IMG/VR virus record: IMGVR_UViG_3300038393_002515
Direction: 5' to 3' (one strand)
Source: a virus
Length of the DNA stretch: 64,000 nt
Below the pieces are notes generated by a model. The model ran no database searches and was not told where the DNA came from. It saw only the letters and a program-made list of their open reading frames with translations. Shown here piece after piece: positions 53,503 to 62,646 of the stretch (the first letter of the stretch is position 1; every line of letters begins with the position of its first letter). Made by a program: the position numbers and the translations under genes.

Positions 53503-54240
53503 ATGACCACCGCAACGCAACCCCGCCCGTCCGTCTCCAACGTCCGCGCGCTGGCCTCCTGGCTCGCCGACAACGACCTTCCCGGCCAGCGCAGCATGAC
53601 CGCCATCACGCGCCTGCGCCGCGAGCGCTCCACCAACCTGCCGCCCGTCGCCACCACGCCGGAGCCGGTGACCGCCCGGCTCGCCCGCCGCCTGGTCGCC
53701 GAGGCCCGCCGGGAGATCCGGCGCCGGGGCGGGGAAACCGTGATCCTGGGCAAGAACGACAGCGTGAGCGGCTCCCTGGTGCTCGCCGACCGCGACCGCG
53801 CGCAGCGCATCATCCTGGTGCGCGCCGAGGGCTGGCGCTACTACTCCAGCCGCTTCGGATCGCGGCACGTCGAACTGGCCTACCTGTACGGCCGCGACGA
53901 CGCCGGACCGTGGGCCGTGCGCGTCCCCGGCAGCATCACCACGGTGCGCGAGGGGCTCGCCTGGCTGACCCCGGCCGCCGTGAAGCAGGCCCGCGCCGAG
54001 AGGCGCCGGGTGCGCCGCCAGGGCGACGTGTACGCCGTGGAGACCACCGCCCGCCGCGACGGCCGGGGCGTGGCCGACCTGCCCGAGGCCCACGAGTGGC
54101 GCGCGTCCACGCGCCACCTGGTCCACAACCCCGACGACGGCCGCAAGCACCGCCCGCTGCGCCTGCCGTACCCGGTGGAGTTCATCCCCCAGCGCGCGTA
54201 CGAGATGGGCCGCAGCGGCGCGCGCGGCGCCGCCGACTGA
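53503..54240 (+). CDS. hypothetical protein
   Basis: AAGGGGGAGAG SD precedes the ATG. Confidence 0.55.
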   Translation: MTTATQPRPSVSNVRALASWLADNDLPGQRSMTAITRLRRERSTNLPPVATTPEPVTARLARRLVAEARREIRRRGGETVILGKNDSVSGSLVLADRDRAQRIILVRAEGWRYYSSRFGSRHVELAYLYGRDDAGPWAVRVPGSITTVREGLAWLTPAAVKQARAERRRVRRQGDVYAVETTARRDGRGVADLPEAHEWRASTRHLVHNPDDGRKHRPLRLPYPVEFIPQRAYEMGRSGARGAAD

Positions 54241-54273
54241 CCACCATCCACCACCACACCCCGAGGGGGAGCC

Positions 54274-54660
54274 GTGAACATCCCGCGCATGGTGCGCAAG
54301 TACGCCCAGGATGCCCACAAGCGCTACACGACCGAGCTGGAGGCGATGCGCGAGCGCATCACGGAGCGCCCGGCAGATCTCACCGGAGACCGCTTCACCG
54401 AGTTCCACGCCGCCCGCGAGCTGTACAACCTCTACGCCAAGCCGCTTGCCCTGGACGCCGTCGGCAACAGTGCATACGACGACGCCAAGGTGTTGGACCG
54501 CATCGAGGACGCACGCCGCACCGCGCTCCGGTGGCTGCTGACCAGCAAGCCCCCCATGAGCGGCGTCATGGTCGTAGAGCAGCAGATCGCCGAGAACGAG
54601 GCGCGCCGGTTCCTCTCTCAGATGCAGGTGCTCGACATGCAGGAGGGCGAGGAGCAGTGA
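54274..54660 (+). CDS. hypothetical protein
   Basis: GAGGGGGAG SD precedes the GTG start. Confidence 0.5.
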   Translation: MNIPRMVRKYAQDAHKRYTTELEAMRERITERPADLTGDRFTEFHAARELYNLYAKPLALDAVGNSAYDDAKVLDRIEDARRTALRWLLTSKPPMSGVMVVEQQIAENEARRFLSQMQVLDMQEGEEQ

Positions 54661-55061
54661 GCAAGAGCAGCGCCGCTCTGCTGGCCGAATTGCAGACGAA
54701 GGCGACGGCCGCCGTCGCCCACCTGGAGGCCATGCGCGAACGCATGCGCCGCCAGCTGGACCAGGGTTTTTACCTGGACGAGTTCGCCGCTTATGACCTC
54801 TTGTTGGCCGAAGGCATTCATGCCCAGTACCGGGAGATCGGCATCACGGCCGACGGTACCCTGCGCCGCCACGACGGTGAGACCGACGCCGACATGATCC
54901 AGGGCGCCCGCAACATCCGCCAGGAGATCCGGCGCAGGCTGGTCGAGGTGCCCGAGAGCATTCAGGTTGGCCTCTCCGCCGTCCGCCAGCACCAGACCCG
55001 GGAGGGCATGCGCCGCTTCCTTCGGGAGACCGAGTTCCTCGCCAAGGAGGTGACCGAGTGA
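54657..55061 (+). CDS. hypothetical protein
   Basis: GTGA overlap. Confidence 0.5.
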   Translation: MSKSSAALLAELQTKATAAVAHLEAMRERMRRQLDQGFYLDEFAAYDLLLAEGIHAQYREIGITADGTLRRHDGETDADMIQGARNIRQEIRRRLVEVPESIQVGLSAVRQHQTREGMRRFLRETEFLAKEVTE

Positions 55062-55121
55062 GCCACCCGCGCCACCCCAAGAGGCCGAAGAGGCCGAGCC
55101 GCCCCCGGTAGGAGAGAGATC

Positions 55122-55358
55122 GTGAGCGAGATGCAGTGGCCCGCCCGGGGGGCGACCGTGCTGGTTCAGGACGTCATGAGCGAGGCTCTCGCGCAGATGA
55201 GGACCAGCAAGGAGCCGCCCGCCCGTAGGGGCGTGGTGGTCGAGACGCCCGCCGACGGCGGCGTTCATCTGACCATCGACACCGGCGGCGAGTACGGATG
55301 CGTGACCTACCCCGCGTTCGGCTTCGCCTCCTCGCACACCTGGAAGGGAGCCGCCTAG
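55122..55358 (+). CDS. hypothetical protein
   Basis: AGGAGAGAG SD precedes the GTG start. Confidence 0.5.
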   Translation: MSEMQWPARGATVLVQDVMSEALAQMRTSKEPPARRGVVVETPADGGVHLTIDTGGEYGCVTYPAFGFASSHTWKGAA

Positions 55359-55449
55359 ACGGTAGCCATCGGCGGGAGTCCAGCAGGCCAGTGACCAGGG
55401 CAGATACGCCCCGGTTGCTGGCCTGCTGGCATTGGTGCGCTCAAGGGGC

Positions 55450-55480
55450 TTGACTCATGCATCTATGGATGCGTTAGGGT
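55450..55480 (+). promoter_or_regulatory. promoter-operator block, copy 7
   Basis: TTGACT-N19-TAGGGT; palindrome at 55457-55474. Confidence 0.65.
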
Positions 55481-55524
55481 GGGACCAGTCCCGCCGGACA
55501 CCACCACCCGAAGGAGGGCCCACC

Positions 55525-57489
55525 ATGGCCACCACGCGACTCAGCGACACGATGATCACTGCGCTGCTGGACGCGCTCACCCACAGGGGGAGCGACGGCC
55601 GCTATCAGCTTCTCACCCGGGGCGCCACCCGCGCCGCGCTGGAGGCTCGCGGCAAGGTCGAGCGAGAGGACGGCCGCGACAACTACGGACGGCCGCGCAC
55701 GCACCACTACCTCACCGCCGACGCCGTCACCTACCTGCGCAACGCGCTGGAGTACACGCTGAACCAGCGCGGCGAGGACCGTGACCGGGTGTGGCAGGAG
55801 TGGCTGAACGCTGATCGCCGCCACGAGTGGGCCTTGATCGACTTCCTGGGCCTGACGGCCGACACGTACGAGATCACCACCACCACGCCCCAGGAGCGCA
55901 AGCCGCACCGCGAGACCCTCGGCCGCGCGGACGCCTGGGAGCGCATCGGCAACACCCTGCGCAACGGCCAGCGCATCACCCTGGACGACGGCGCCATGAC
56001 GGCACACACCAAGCTGGGTGCCACCTGGACGTTCACGCCGATCCGCCCGGCCGCCGAGGAGGCCCCGGCCGCGCCCGAGCCGCGCCCGGCCGCCGAGGTG
56101 CTCGCCGCCGACCCGATCCCGGCGGACACCTCGGTCCTGGAGGGCATGCCGGGCCAGCCGGTCGGCCGCGAGGGCGTGCCCACCACGGACGCGGTCACGC
56201 ACGAGGCGTACGTGGTCCAGATCCGCAACAGGGACGCGTGGCAGCTCCCCAACCACGACGACGGCGCCCACATGACGCGCGCCAGCGTGATCAGCTCGCT
56301 GGCGTGGGCGCGCCAGGCCGCCCCGGGCCACACGCGGGCCTCGGTCGACACGGACGGCACGGTGTACGTGTCCACGGGCCGCCAGGCCGCCCGCTACATC
56401 CCCGCCTCGCTGCTCGCCGACTACTCCGCCGACACCTGCCCCGGCTGCGGCACCGCGTACGCCACGAACGGCGACGGCCCGTGTGACGGCTGGGCCGCCC
56501 TGCCCTCCCTGCCGGTCGCCGAGGAGGCCGACCCCGAGGCCAAGCCGTGCGAGGGCTGCGGCGCCCCTGCGGGTGAGCCGTGCGAGCCCATGAGCATGTG
56601 CGAGGCCGCCCGCGAGGAGGCCGTGTCGGCGCGGCTCGCCGAGGAGGACGGGGAGCGCGGCATGGTCTACGGGCCGCACCGCATCACCAACACCGGCGAC
56701 GACATCGAACACACGGCCCAGGACGGCGGCAAGTACGGCATCCGTGCGTTCGAATGCACCCGGTGCCACAAGCGCGCCATCCTTGCTGACTTCGAGTACG
56801 GCCGCGTGGAGTGCACCGAGGAGGCCGAGGCCGAGTGGGCCCGCGAGCGCGCTGAGGGGCTGCTCAACGACCACTTCTTCAAGGGCGCCACCGCGTATGA
56901 GGTGGACGTGCCCACCGACGACAAGGGCGGGAGCGTCACCTACACCCACGACCGGGAGACGGCCGCGCGGTTCGTCGCTGCCCTGCTCGGCCTGGGGGCG
57001 ACTCACGGATGGTTCCGTGATGGTCTGCGCCTGACGCACGACGGCAGTGTGAACAAGGTGCGGCCCGTTGTTGCGCGGGTGCAGGAGGACGAGGAGGCCG
57101 AGCCCCTCGACGAGATGGGCACTGATGCCCTCCTGGAGGTGCTGCGCGAGCACGCGGGCGAGCTCCCCGCCGACAGCACGTTCGCCAAGGCGTGGGCGCT
57201 CATGGACCGCATCTTGACCGACGGCGGCATCGAGTGCCTTCCCGCGCCGTGGGACGGCTACGCCGACCAGGCGGAGCCCATCGACCTGCAGGCGCTTCCG
57301 CCCCGCGCCAAGTACGTGACGGTGGGTGAGCTGCAGGTGGGTGACGTGTTCGTGACGCGCTGCGCGTGGATCGTGCGCGCCATCGACGGCGGCACGTTCA
57401 CCGCTGAGCGGTGGGACGGTGAGCAGACGGTGACTCAGACCGTGCCGGAGAGCACGAAGGTTCTGCGGACGCGCCGCGCCCAGGGCTGA
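55525..57489 (+). CDS. hypothetical protein (654 aa ORFan)
   Basis: AAGGAGG SD after block 7. Confidence 0.6.
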   Translation: MATTRLSDTMITALLDALTHRGSDGRYQLLTRGATRAALEARGKVEREDGRDNYGRPRTHHYLTADAVTYLRNALEYTLNQRGEDRDRVWQEWLNADRRHEWALIDFLGLTADTYEITTTTPQERKPHRETLGRADAWERIGNTLRNGQRITLDDGAMTAHTKLGATWTFTPIRPAAEEAPAAPEPRPAAEVLAADPIPADTSVLEGMPGQPVGREGVPTTDAVTHEAYVVQIRNRDAWQLPNHDDGAHMTRASVISSLAWARQAAPGHTRASVDTDGTVYVSTGRQAARYIPASLLADYSADTCPGCGTAYATNGDGPCDGWAALPSLPVAEEADPEAKPCEGCGAPAGEPCEPMSMCEAAREEAVSARLAEEDGERGMVYGPHRITNTGDDIEHTAQDGGKYGIRAFECTRCHKRAILADFEYGRVECTEEAEAEWARERAEGLLNDHFFKGATAYEVDVPTDDKGGSVTYTHDRETAARFVAALLGLGATHGWFRDGLRLTHDGSVNKVRPVVARVQEDEEAEPLDEMGTDALLEVLREHAGELPADSTFAKAWALMDRILTDGGIECLPAPWDGYADQAEPIDLQALPPRAKYVTVGELQVGDVFVTRCAWIVRAIDGGTFTAERWDGEQTVTQTVPESTKVLRTRRAQG

Positions 57490-57565
57490 CCAGCACGAAC
57501 AGCGGGGGTCGGGAGCAGCACCCCGGCCCCTGCTGTCATGCCCGGGGCCGGTCGGCACAAGGGGC

Positions 57566-57596
57566 TTGACTCATGCATCTATGGATGCGTTAGGGT
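57566..57596 (+). promoter_or_regulatory. promoter-operator block, copy 8
   Basis: TTGACT-N19-TAGGGT; palindrome at 57573-57590. About 75 nt is nearly identical to copy 7. Confidence 0.65.
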
Positions 57597-57637
57597 GGGC
57601 CAGTCCCGCCGGACACCACCACCCGAAGGAGCACCAC

Positions 57638-59056
57638 ATGACCACGAAGCTGAAGATCACCAAGACGATGGGCGAGCACCTGGTGCGCGCGCTCGCCAAC
57701 GGCAACCGCGAGGTCGTCGGCGCCCGCACCAACACCGAGCGCGCCATGATCGGTCACGGACTCGTGCGTCACCAGGAGCTGAAGACGCGCGTCACGGACT
57801 CGCATGGTCACCTGGTCCGCTCGCACGGCCTGGTGCTCACCGAGCAGGGTGAGGCCGAGGCCAAGCGCCTGACGGGGCCGACGACCACCGAGGAGCGCGC
57901 GGCGGCCGTCACCCGCGAGGACGTGGCCGAGGGTGTGCGGCTGGCGCTGAACTACCTCGGGTTCGGCGAGCGCCGCCGGGAGGCCGAGCAGGCCCCCGCC
58001 TCCGAGGTGCTGGAGGGTGAGTTCCAGCGGATTCGCCGCGTGATGCGCCGCGCCATGAAGCACAACGGCGCCGAGGCCGCACACCAGGCGCTCAAGCAGT
58101 ACAACCACACCGAGGCGCTGCTGATCGCGGCGCGCCGGTTCGAGGCGGAGGACGCGGCCCAGGAGGCCGCCCAGGAGGGGAGCAAGGTGGAGGAGCAGCA
58201 GGAGCAGGGGGCACCGGTGACCGAGCAGCCCGCCGACCGCATGGCGTGCGGGTGCACGCTGGAGGAGGTCGCCAACAAGCACCGGTCCGGCTGCGGCTTC
58301 AACCGCCGCCCCGGCTACAACCCGTGGGCGCCGTACATGAGCCGCAACAGCGGCCCGTACCGGGACCCGCGCCCGGCGCTGGCCATCTGCTCGGTGCACG
58401 AGGGTGAGCACATGGGTTCGGCTGAGTGCCGTTACCCCTACATTCCGGCGCGCGCCGCCGTCAATGAGCCCGCTGAATTCCGGGGGCTCACCCGCGCCGA
58501 CGTCGCCGAGGAGGCCGCGCGGGCGCTGGAGACGCTGAGCGCCGAGGACCGGGCCACGGTCGAGGGACACGCGCCGTCCGTGATTCTGGGCATGGCGTTC
58601 CGCCGGGCGCAGACGGCCTACTGCGCCGACCGCCGCGAGCGCACCGCCGAGGAGGAGGCCGCTTACGATCGTTGCGCCAACATCGCGAGCGCCGCCCTGA
58701 TCTTCGAGCGGGCCGACGACCCCGAGGCCGCCGCCGCCGCGCGGGCCGATGACTTCCGCATCACGAGCGCCGAGCGCGCCGAGGAGGCCAAGCGCCGCGA
58801 GGAGGCGCACGCGCGGGTGATGGCGGCCCAGTGGCGCGGCGCGCAGCGTCACGGTAAGTACCTGGTGCGCACCGAGGAGGTTGGTCACGGCCTGGTGCGG
58901 GTGTGGGTCCGGGGCCCGGCCACGGAGATCGAGAGCATCGAGCGCGCGTCGGTCGCGTACGCCCGGGGCAACGGTCTGCGCCCGGGAGCGTCCGCCGGGG
59001 GCGGGGAGTTCTTCGAGGGCGACTACATCGCCCAGCGCGCCTACCACCGCGCCTGA
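57638..59056 (+). CDS. hypothetical protein (ORFan)
   Basis: AAGGAG SD after block 8. Confidence 0.6.
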   Translation: MTTKLKITKTMGEHLVRALANGNREVVGARTNTERAMIGHGLVRHQELKTRVTDSHGHLVRSHGLVLTEQGEAEAKRLTGPTTTEERAAAVTREDVAEGVRLALNYLGFGERRREAEQAPASEVLEGEFQRIRRVMRRAMKHNGAEAAHQALKQYNHTEALLIAARRFEAEDAAQEAAQEGSKVEEQQEQGAPVTEQPADRMACGCTLEEVANKHRSGCGFNRRPGYNPWAPYMSRNSGPYRDPRPALAICSVHEGEHMGSAECRYPYIPARAAVNEPAEFRGLTRADVAEEAARALETLSAEDRATVEGHAPSVILGMAFRRAQTAYCADRRERTAEEEAAYDRCANIASAALIFERADDPEAAAAARADDFRITSAERAEEAKRREEAHARVMAAQWRGAQRHGKYLVRTEEVGHGLVRVWVRGPATEIESIERASVAYARGNGLRPGASAGGGEFFEGDYIAQRAYHRA

Positions 59057-59089
59057 GCGCCCAGGTCGCAGAGCTGACAGCACCACCAC

Positions 59090-59116
59090 GGGCGCCCCGA
59101 CCCCACCGGGGCGCCC
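59090..59116 (+). terminator. hairpin terminator
   Basis: GGGCGCCCC/GGGGCGCCC stem. Confidence 0.5.
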
Positions 59117-59184
59117 CCGCACAGACAGAAGACCGAGCACCCCATGACGGTGGTGCGCCGACTGGAGCCGGGGGAGTGGCAGTA

Positions 59185-59499
59185 GTGAGCTGGCTGGAGG
59201 AGTACCGGGCGTACAGGGCGCCGGACAACGTGGAGCAGGCACGCCACCGTAAGGCCATGCGGGGAGTCGCGGTGTACCCCATGGCGCCCGTGCGTGAGGG
59301 GGCGACGCTGGAGGAGTGGGCGGCGTGGCTGGAGGCAGACCAGACCGAGCGCGACTACATGAGCGCGTACAGGGAGAGCGGGTACGGGTTCATGCACCCC
59401 ATCGTGACGGCACTCAGTGAGTACCGGGCGGTGGCCCAGGCGGTGCACGGACGGATGGAGTACACGAACGCCCACCGGGACGAGTGGGGCGACGAGTAG
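59185..59499 (+). CDS. hypothetical protein
   Basis: GTG start after GGGGGAG; GC3-rich. Confidence 0.45.
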   Translation: MSWLEEYRAYRAPDNVEQARHRKAMRGVAVYPMAPVREGATLEEWAAWLEADQTERDYMSAYRESGYGFMHPIVTALSEYRAVAQAVHGRMEYTNAHRDEWGDE

Positions 59500-59516
59500 G
59501 GGCAGGAGCCAGCGAA

Positions 59517-59555
59517 CGGCAGGGGCAGGCACAGGAGCGCGCCCCTGCCGTTTCG
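59517..59555 (+). terminator. intrinsic terminator
   Basis: CGGCAGGGGC/GCCCCTGCCG stem followed by TTTCGT. Confidence 0.65.
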
Positions 59556-59652
59556 TATGCCTGTGTGCGCATATGTGGCGAGTCGGACACCCCTTGGGAG
59601 GGGGTGAGACCGGGCCGGGCCTGGGCGCTCCGGATTGATTCGGGTAAGGGGC

Positions 59653-59683
59653 TTGACCCATGCATCTATGGATGCGTTAGGGT
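59653..59683 (+). promoter_or_regulatory. promoter-operator block, copy 9
   Basis: TTGACC-N19-TAGGGT; palindrome at 59660-59677. Confidence 0.65.
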
Positions 59684-59716
59684 GAGGCTCCCGCCGTACA
59701 GTGAGGAGCATTGATC

Positions 59717-61096
59717 ATGAGCATCATTCGTTGCACCGACCCGCACGCCGCCGCCGACCAGGGCTACAGCCCCAACAGCTCCGGCCTGGGCGCGGCCTGG
59801 GAGGCGCACCAGGAGGCCGCGCACGAGGAGACGTTCAAGGGCGCGGTGCTGCGCCTGAGGGAGCGCAACGGCTACGACGACAGTGACTTCTACGCCCTGG
59901 TGTGGGACGAGGAGCAGCAGGCGACGCGGGAGATCATGTACGCGACCACGCGCGGGTGGACGTACCACAACGGCGCCGACATCGACGCGACCCGTGAGGT
60001 GATCGGCAAGGCCATCGCATGGGAGACGGAGCAGCGTTTCAAGGAGGCGCAGCGCCGCTACCAGGAGACGCCGCGCAAGGGCTGCACGGCGCGCGCCACG
60101 GAGCGGGGGCAGGTCGTCGAGGGCGTCATCGCGTGGGTGGGTGAGGACAAGCCGCGCTCGCAGTGGGCGGCCCGCTACGGCACCCGTACCGCTCGCTACG
60201 GCATCCGCGTCGAGGGGCGCAGGGGCCTGGTGTTCCGTAACGCCGACGCGGCCGACTTCGAGTTCGACGTGCCCCCGGTGAGCGAGGAGGATGCGGCGGA
60301 GTGGCGGGCCACGTGCGCCCACAACGCGCGGGCCGAGTTCTCCCAGGCGCTGGCGCTGGCCGACAAGCGCGAGCCGCTGCCGGGCCCGGGTGACGTGGTG
60401 GACGCCCAGGAGGCGGACGCGGACGGGTGGCGGCTGTACGCCATCGGCGAGAGCTTCTGCGATGACGAGTGGGCGCAGCGGGTGGCGGTGGCCGTGGTCG
60501 ACGAGGCGGCCGAGTACCGGGTGACGGGGGTGCGCGCCGACGGGCGGCCCATGGCGGTGCGGGAGGCCACGGCGTTCCAGGCGCTGCGGCACGTGTCGCG
60601 GTGGGCGGACGTGGACGGCACGCGGATCATGCACGACGGTGCGGGGGCGGTGCTCATGGTCCGTGAGGACGGCGGGCGGCTGGTGCTGCGGCCGGTGCGC
60701 GCCGGGGAGGGGCCGCAGGAGGGTGTGAGCGGGCCCGTGGGGGCCGAGGAGCAGCGGGAGGGCCAGGAGGGCGCCGACGGCGTCCAGGGGGCCCAGGAGG
60801 ACGTGACGGGGGCCGAGGGTGACCCGGCGTGGGTGGCGCGCCGTGATGTGGCGTGGCGGGCGCTGGGGGACGTGTTGGACGGGGGTGCGGCGCGGTACCG
60901 GCGGGCGGTGCTGGTCGAGGGTTCGGAGGCGCGGGGGGTGTCGGACACGATGCCGACGGAGGCGGCGCGGGTGTACCTGGCGGGGGAGCTGGCCGACGGG
61001 GGCGAGCTGTCCAAGTCGGGCATGGGGGTGCGGCTGGTGTTGACGCGGGCGAACGGGGCGCGGCTGGAGCTGTACCCGGTGCGGGGCGTGGCGTAG
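59717..61096 (+). CDS. hypothetical protein (ORFan, G-rich 3' half)
   Basis: GAGGAG SD after block 9. Confidence 0.6.
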   Translation: MSIIRCTDPHAAADQGYSPNSSGLGAAWEAHQEAAHEETFKGAVLRLRERNGYDDSDFYALVWDEEQQATREIMYATTRGWTYHNGADIDATREVIGKAIAWETEQRFKEAQRRYQETPRKGCTARATERGQVVEGVIAWVGEDKPRSQWAARYGTRTARYGIRVEGRRGLVFRNADAADFEFDVPPVSEEDAAEWRATCAHNARAEFSQALALADKREPLPGPGDVVDAQEADADGWRLYAIGESFCDDEWAQRVAVAVVDEAAEYRVTGVRADGRPMAVREATAFQALRHVSRWADVDGTRIMHDGAGAVLMVREDGGRLVLRPVRAGEGPQEGVSGPVGAEEQREGQEGADGVQGAQEDVTGAEGDPAWVARRDVAWRALGDVLDGGAARYRRAVLVEGSEARGVSDTMPTEAARVYLAGELADGGELSKSGMGVRLVLTRANGARLELYPVRGVA

Positions 61097-61191
61097 TTGC
61101 GGATTCCGTGGTGTCCGCCGGTGGGCCGACCGTGCGTTTTCGTTGCGGCGGCCCCTGGTGGGTGCGGATTTCGTTGTTTTGCTGCGCCCTC

Positions 61192-61221
61192 TCCCTCATG
61201 CATCTATGGATGCGTTAGGGT
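61192..61221 (+). promoter_or_regulatory. promoter-operator block, copy 10 (degenerate -35)
   Basis: The -35 position reads TCCCTC. Palindrome at 61198-61215 and TAGGGT at 61216-61221. Confidence 0.55.
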
Positions 61222-61253
61222 GGACTCCCCGCCAGACACTGAGGAGCATGATC

Positions 61254-62546
61254 ATGAACGCCACCACCGTCGAGACCGTCACGCTGATCTTCGAGATGAC
61301 CCCGTGCGGGCGCTGCGGAGGCACCGGCCAGCACCTGTACAACCAGCGTGACGGCCGCGTGTGCTGGGGCTGCTCCGGCGCCGGTGAGCACCTCTCCCCC
61401 CGGGGCAAGCGCGCCGCCGAGGCCCTCGATGTGGCGATGCGCGAGTCGGCGGGCACCGTGGCCGTCGCCGACATCACGCCCGGCATGCGCATCAAGTGCC
61501 CGGCGCACGGCGGCCTCGACGGCCAGGCGCGCCCCTGGAACTACAAGCCCGCATGGCGCACCGTGGCCTCCGTCGAGATCACCGAGTACACCGGGCGCGG
61601 CCAGGAGGGCGGGTACATCATCGACGTGCCGTGCGTGCGCGCCTCGCTCGTCTTCGAGGACGGCAAGACCTGGACGGCGGAGTCTTCCGACCACCCCGCC
61701 TACTGGGCCAAGGGCGCGTTCCGCACGACCTACAGCGAGCGCTCGTTCTGGCTCGGCGGCGAGGAGGCCCGCGCCGCCCGCATGGAGGTGCGCCGCGCCA
61801 TCGCCCGCCGGTTCGTCGGCGCCTGGCTGGAGGGCGAGGAGCCCCCGGCGCGCCCCGAGCGCAAGCCCCGCACCCCCAAGCCCGCCCAGGAGGCCCCCGC
61901 GCCCAAGCCGCTCGCCTCCAACAGGTTCGCCGGTGACTGCCGCAAGTGCGGCACCCGGGTGGAGGCGGAGCAGGGCGAGCGCGAGCGCGTGGACGGCCGC
62001 TGGGAGGTCCAGCACAAGGCCGGTGAGTGCCAGGAGCGCCCGGCCGCCGAGGAGGCCCAGGAGGCGCCCCAGGGGGCCGCCGCTCCCGCCCAGGAGCGCC
62101 CGGCTCGCCCCGCCATGGTGAACAAGTTCCCCGGCAAGTGCGCGCGCTGCGGTGTGCGGGTGCTGGCCGAGCAGGGCGAGCGGGTGCGCGTGGACGGCGA
62201 GTGGATCACCCGGCACCGTGAGGGCGAGTGCCCCGCCAGCACCACGACCATGATCACCGAGGAGGGCATGTACGCCCGCGAGGGGGAGGTGTACCGGGTC
62301 CGTCGCTCCGAGAGCGGCAACCTCTACGCCGAGCGTCTCACCCCGCCCGCCCACGCGGACGGCGGCGCCACGTTCACGTACGACCCGGCCGCCGTGTACG
62401 CCCTCACCCCCGCCGACCGCATGACGGTGGAGGCGGCCGCCGAGGTGGGCCGACGGCTTCACGCGTGCTGCGTGTGCGGGCAGCGCCTCACCGACCCGGC
62501 GAGCGTGAAGCGGGGGATCGGCCCGGTGTGCCGCAAGCGGGTGTAG
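61254..62546 (+). CDS. multi-zinc-ribbon protein with DUF6011-like C-terminus
   Basis: CGRCGGTG..CWGCSGAG; two repeats of C..CG.RV.AEQGER.RVDG.W..H..GEC; CCVCGQRLTDPASVKRGIGPVC. Confidence 0.6.
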   Translation: MNATTVETVTLIFEMTPCGRCGGTGQHLYNQRDGRVCWGCSGAGEHLSPRGKRAAEALDVAMRESAGTVAVADITPGMRIKCPAHGGLDGQARPWNYKPAWRTVASVEITEYTGRGQEGGYIIDVPCVRASLVFEDGKTWTAESSDHPAYWAKGAFRTTYSERSFWLGGEEARAARMEVRRAIARRFVGAWLEGEEPPARPERKPRTPKPAQEAPAPKPLASNRFAGDCRKCGTRVEAEQGERERVDGRWEVQHKAGECQERPAAEEAQEAPQGAAAPAQERPARPAMVNKFPGKCARCGVRVLAEQGERVRVDGEWITRHREGECPASTTTMITEEGMYAREGEVYRVRRSESGNLYAERLTPPAHADGGATFTYDPAAVYALTPADRMTVEAAAEVGRRLHACCVCGQRLTDPASVKRGIGPVCRKRV

Positions 62547-62556
62547 CAGGGCGCGC

Positions 62557-62595
62557 CACGGGGGCCGGGTGGACCGCCACTGCCCGGCCCCCGTG
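62557..62595 (+). terminator. hairpin terminator
   Basis: 13-bp stem CACGGGGGCCGGG/CCCGGCCCCCGTG. Confidence 0.6.
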
Positions 62596-62615
62596 GGCGA
62601 GTTTCCGCAACCCGC

Positions 62616-62646
62616 TTGACCCACGCATCTATGGATGCGTTAGGGT
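62616..62646 (+). promoter_or_regulatory. promoter-operator block, copy 11
   Basis: TTGACC-N19-TAGGGT; palindrome at 62623-62640. Confidence 0.65.

Noticed and set aside
59144-59185. 13-codon upstream ORF (MTVVRRLEPGEWQ) overlapping the GTG start of 59185..59499
   Set aside because: It is too short and has no clear SD. It cannot be distinguished from chance.
32618-62646. Could the 11 repeated ~30-nt blocks be a CRISPR array?
   Set aside because: The spacing is 0.7-13 kb and irregular. The intervening DNA is protein-coding with SD sequences, and the repeats have -35/-10 architecture. I see no cas genes.
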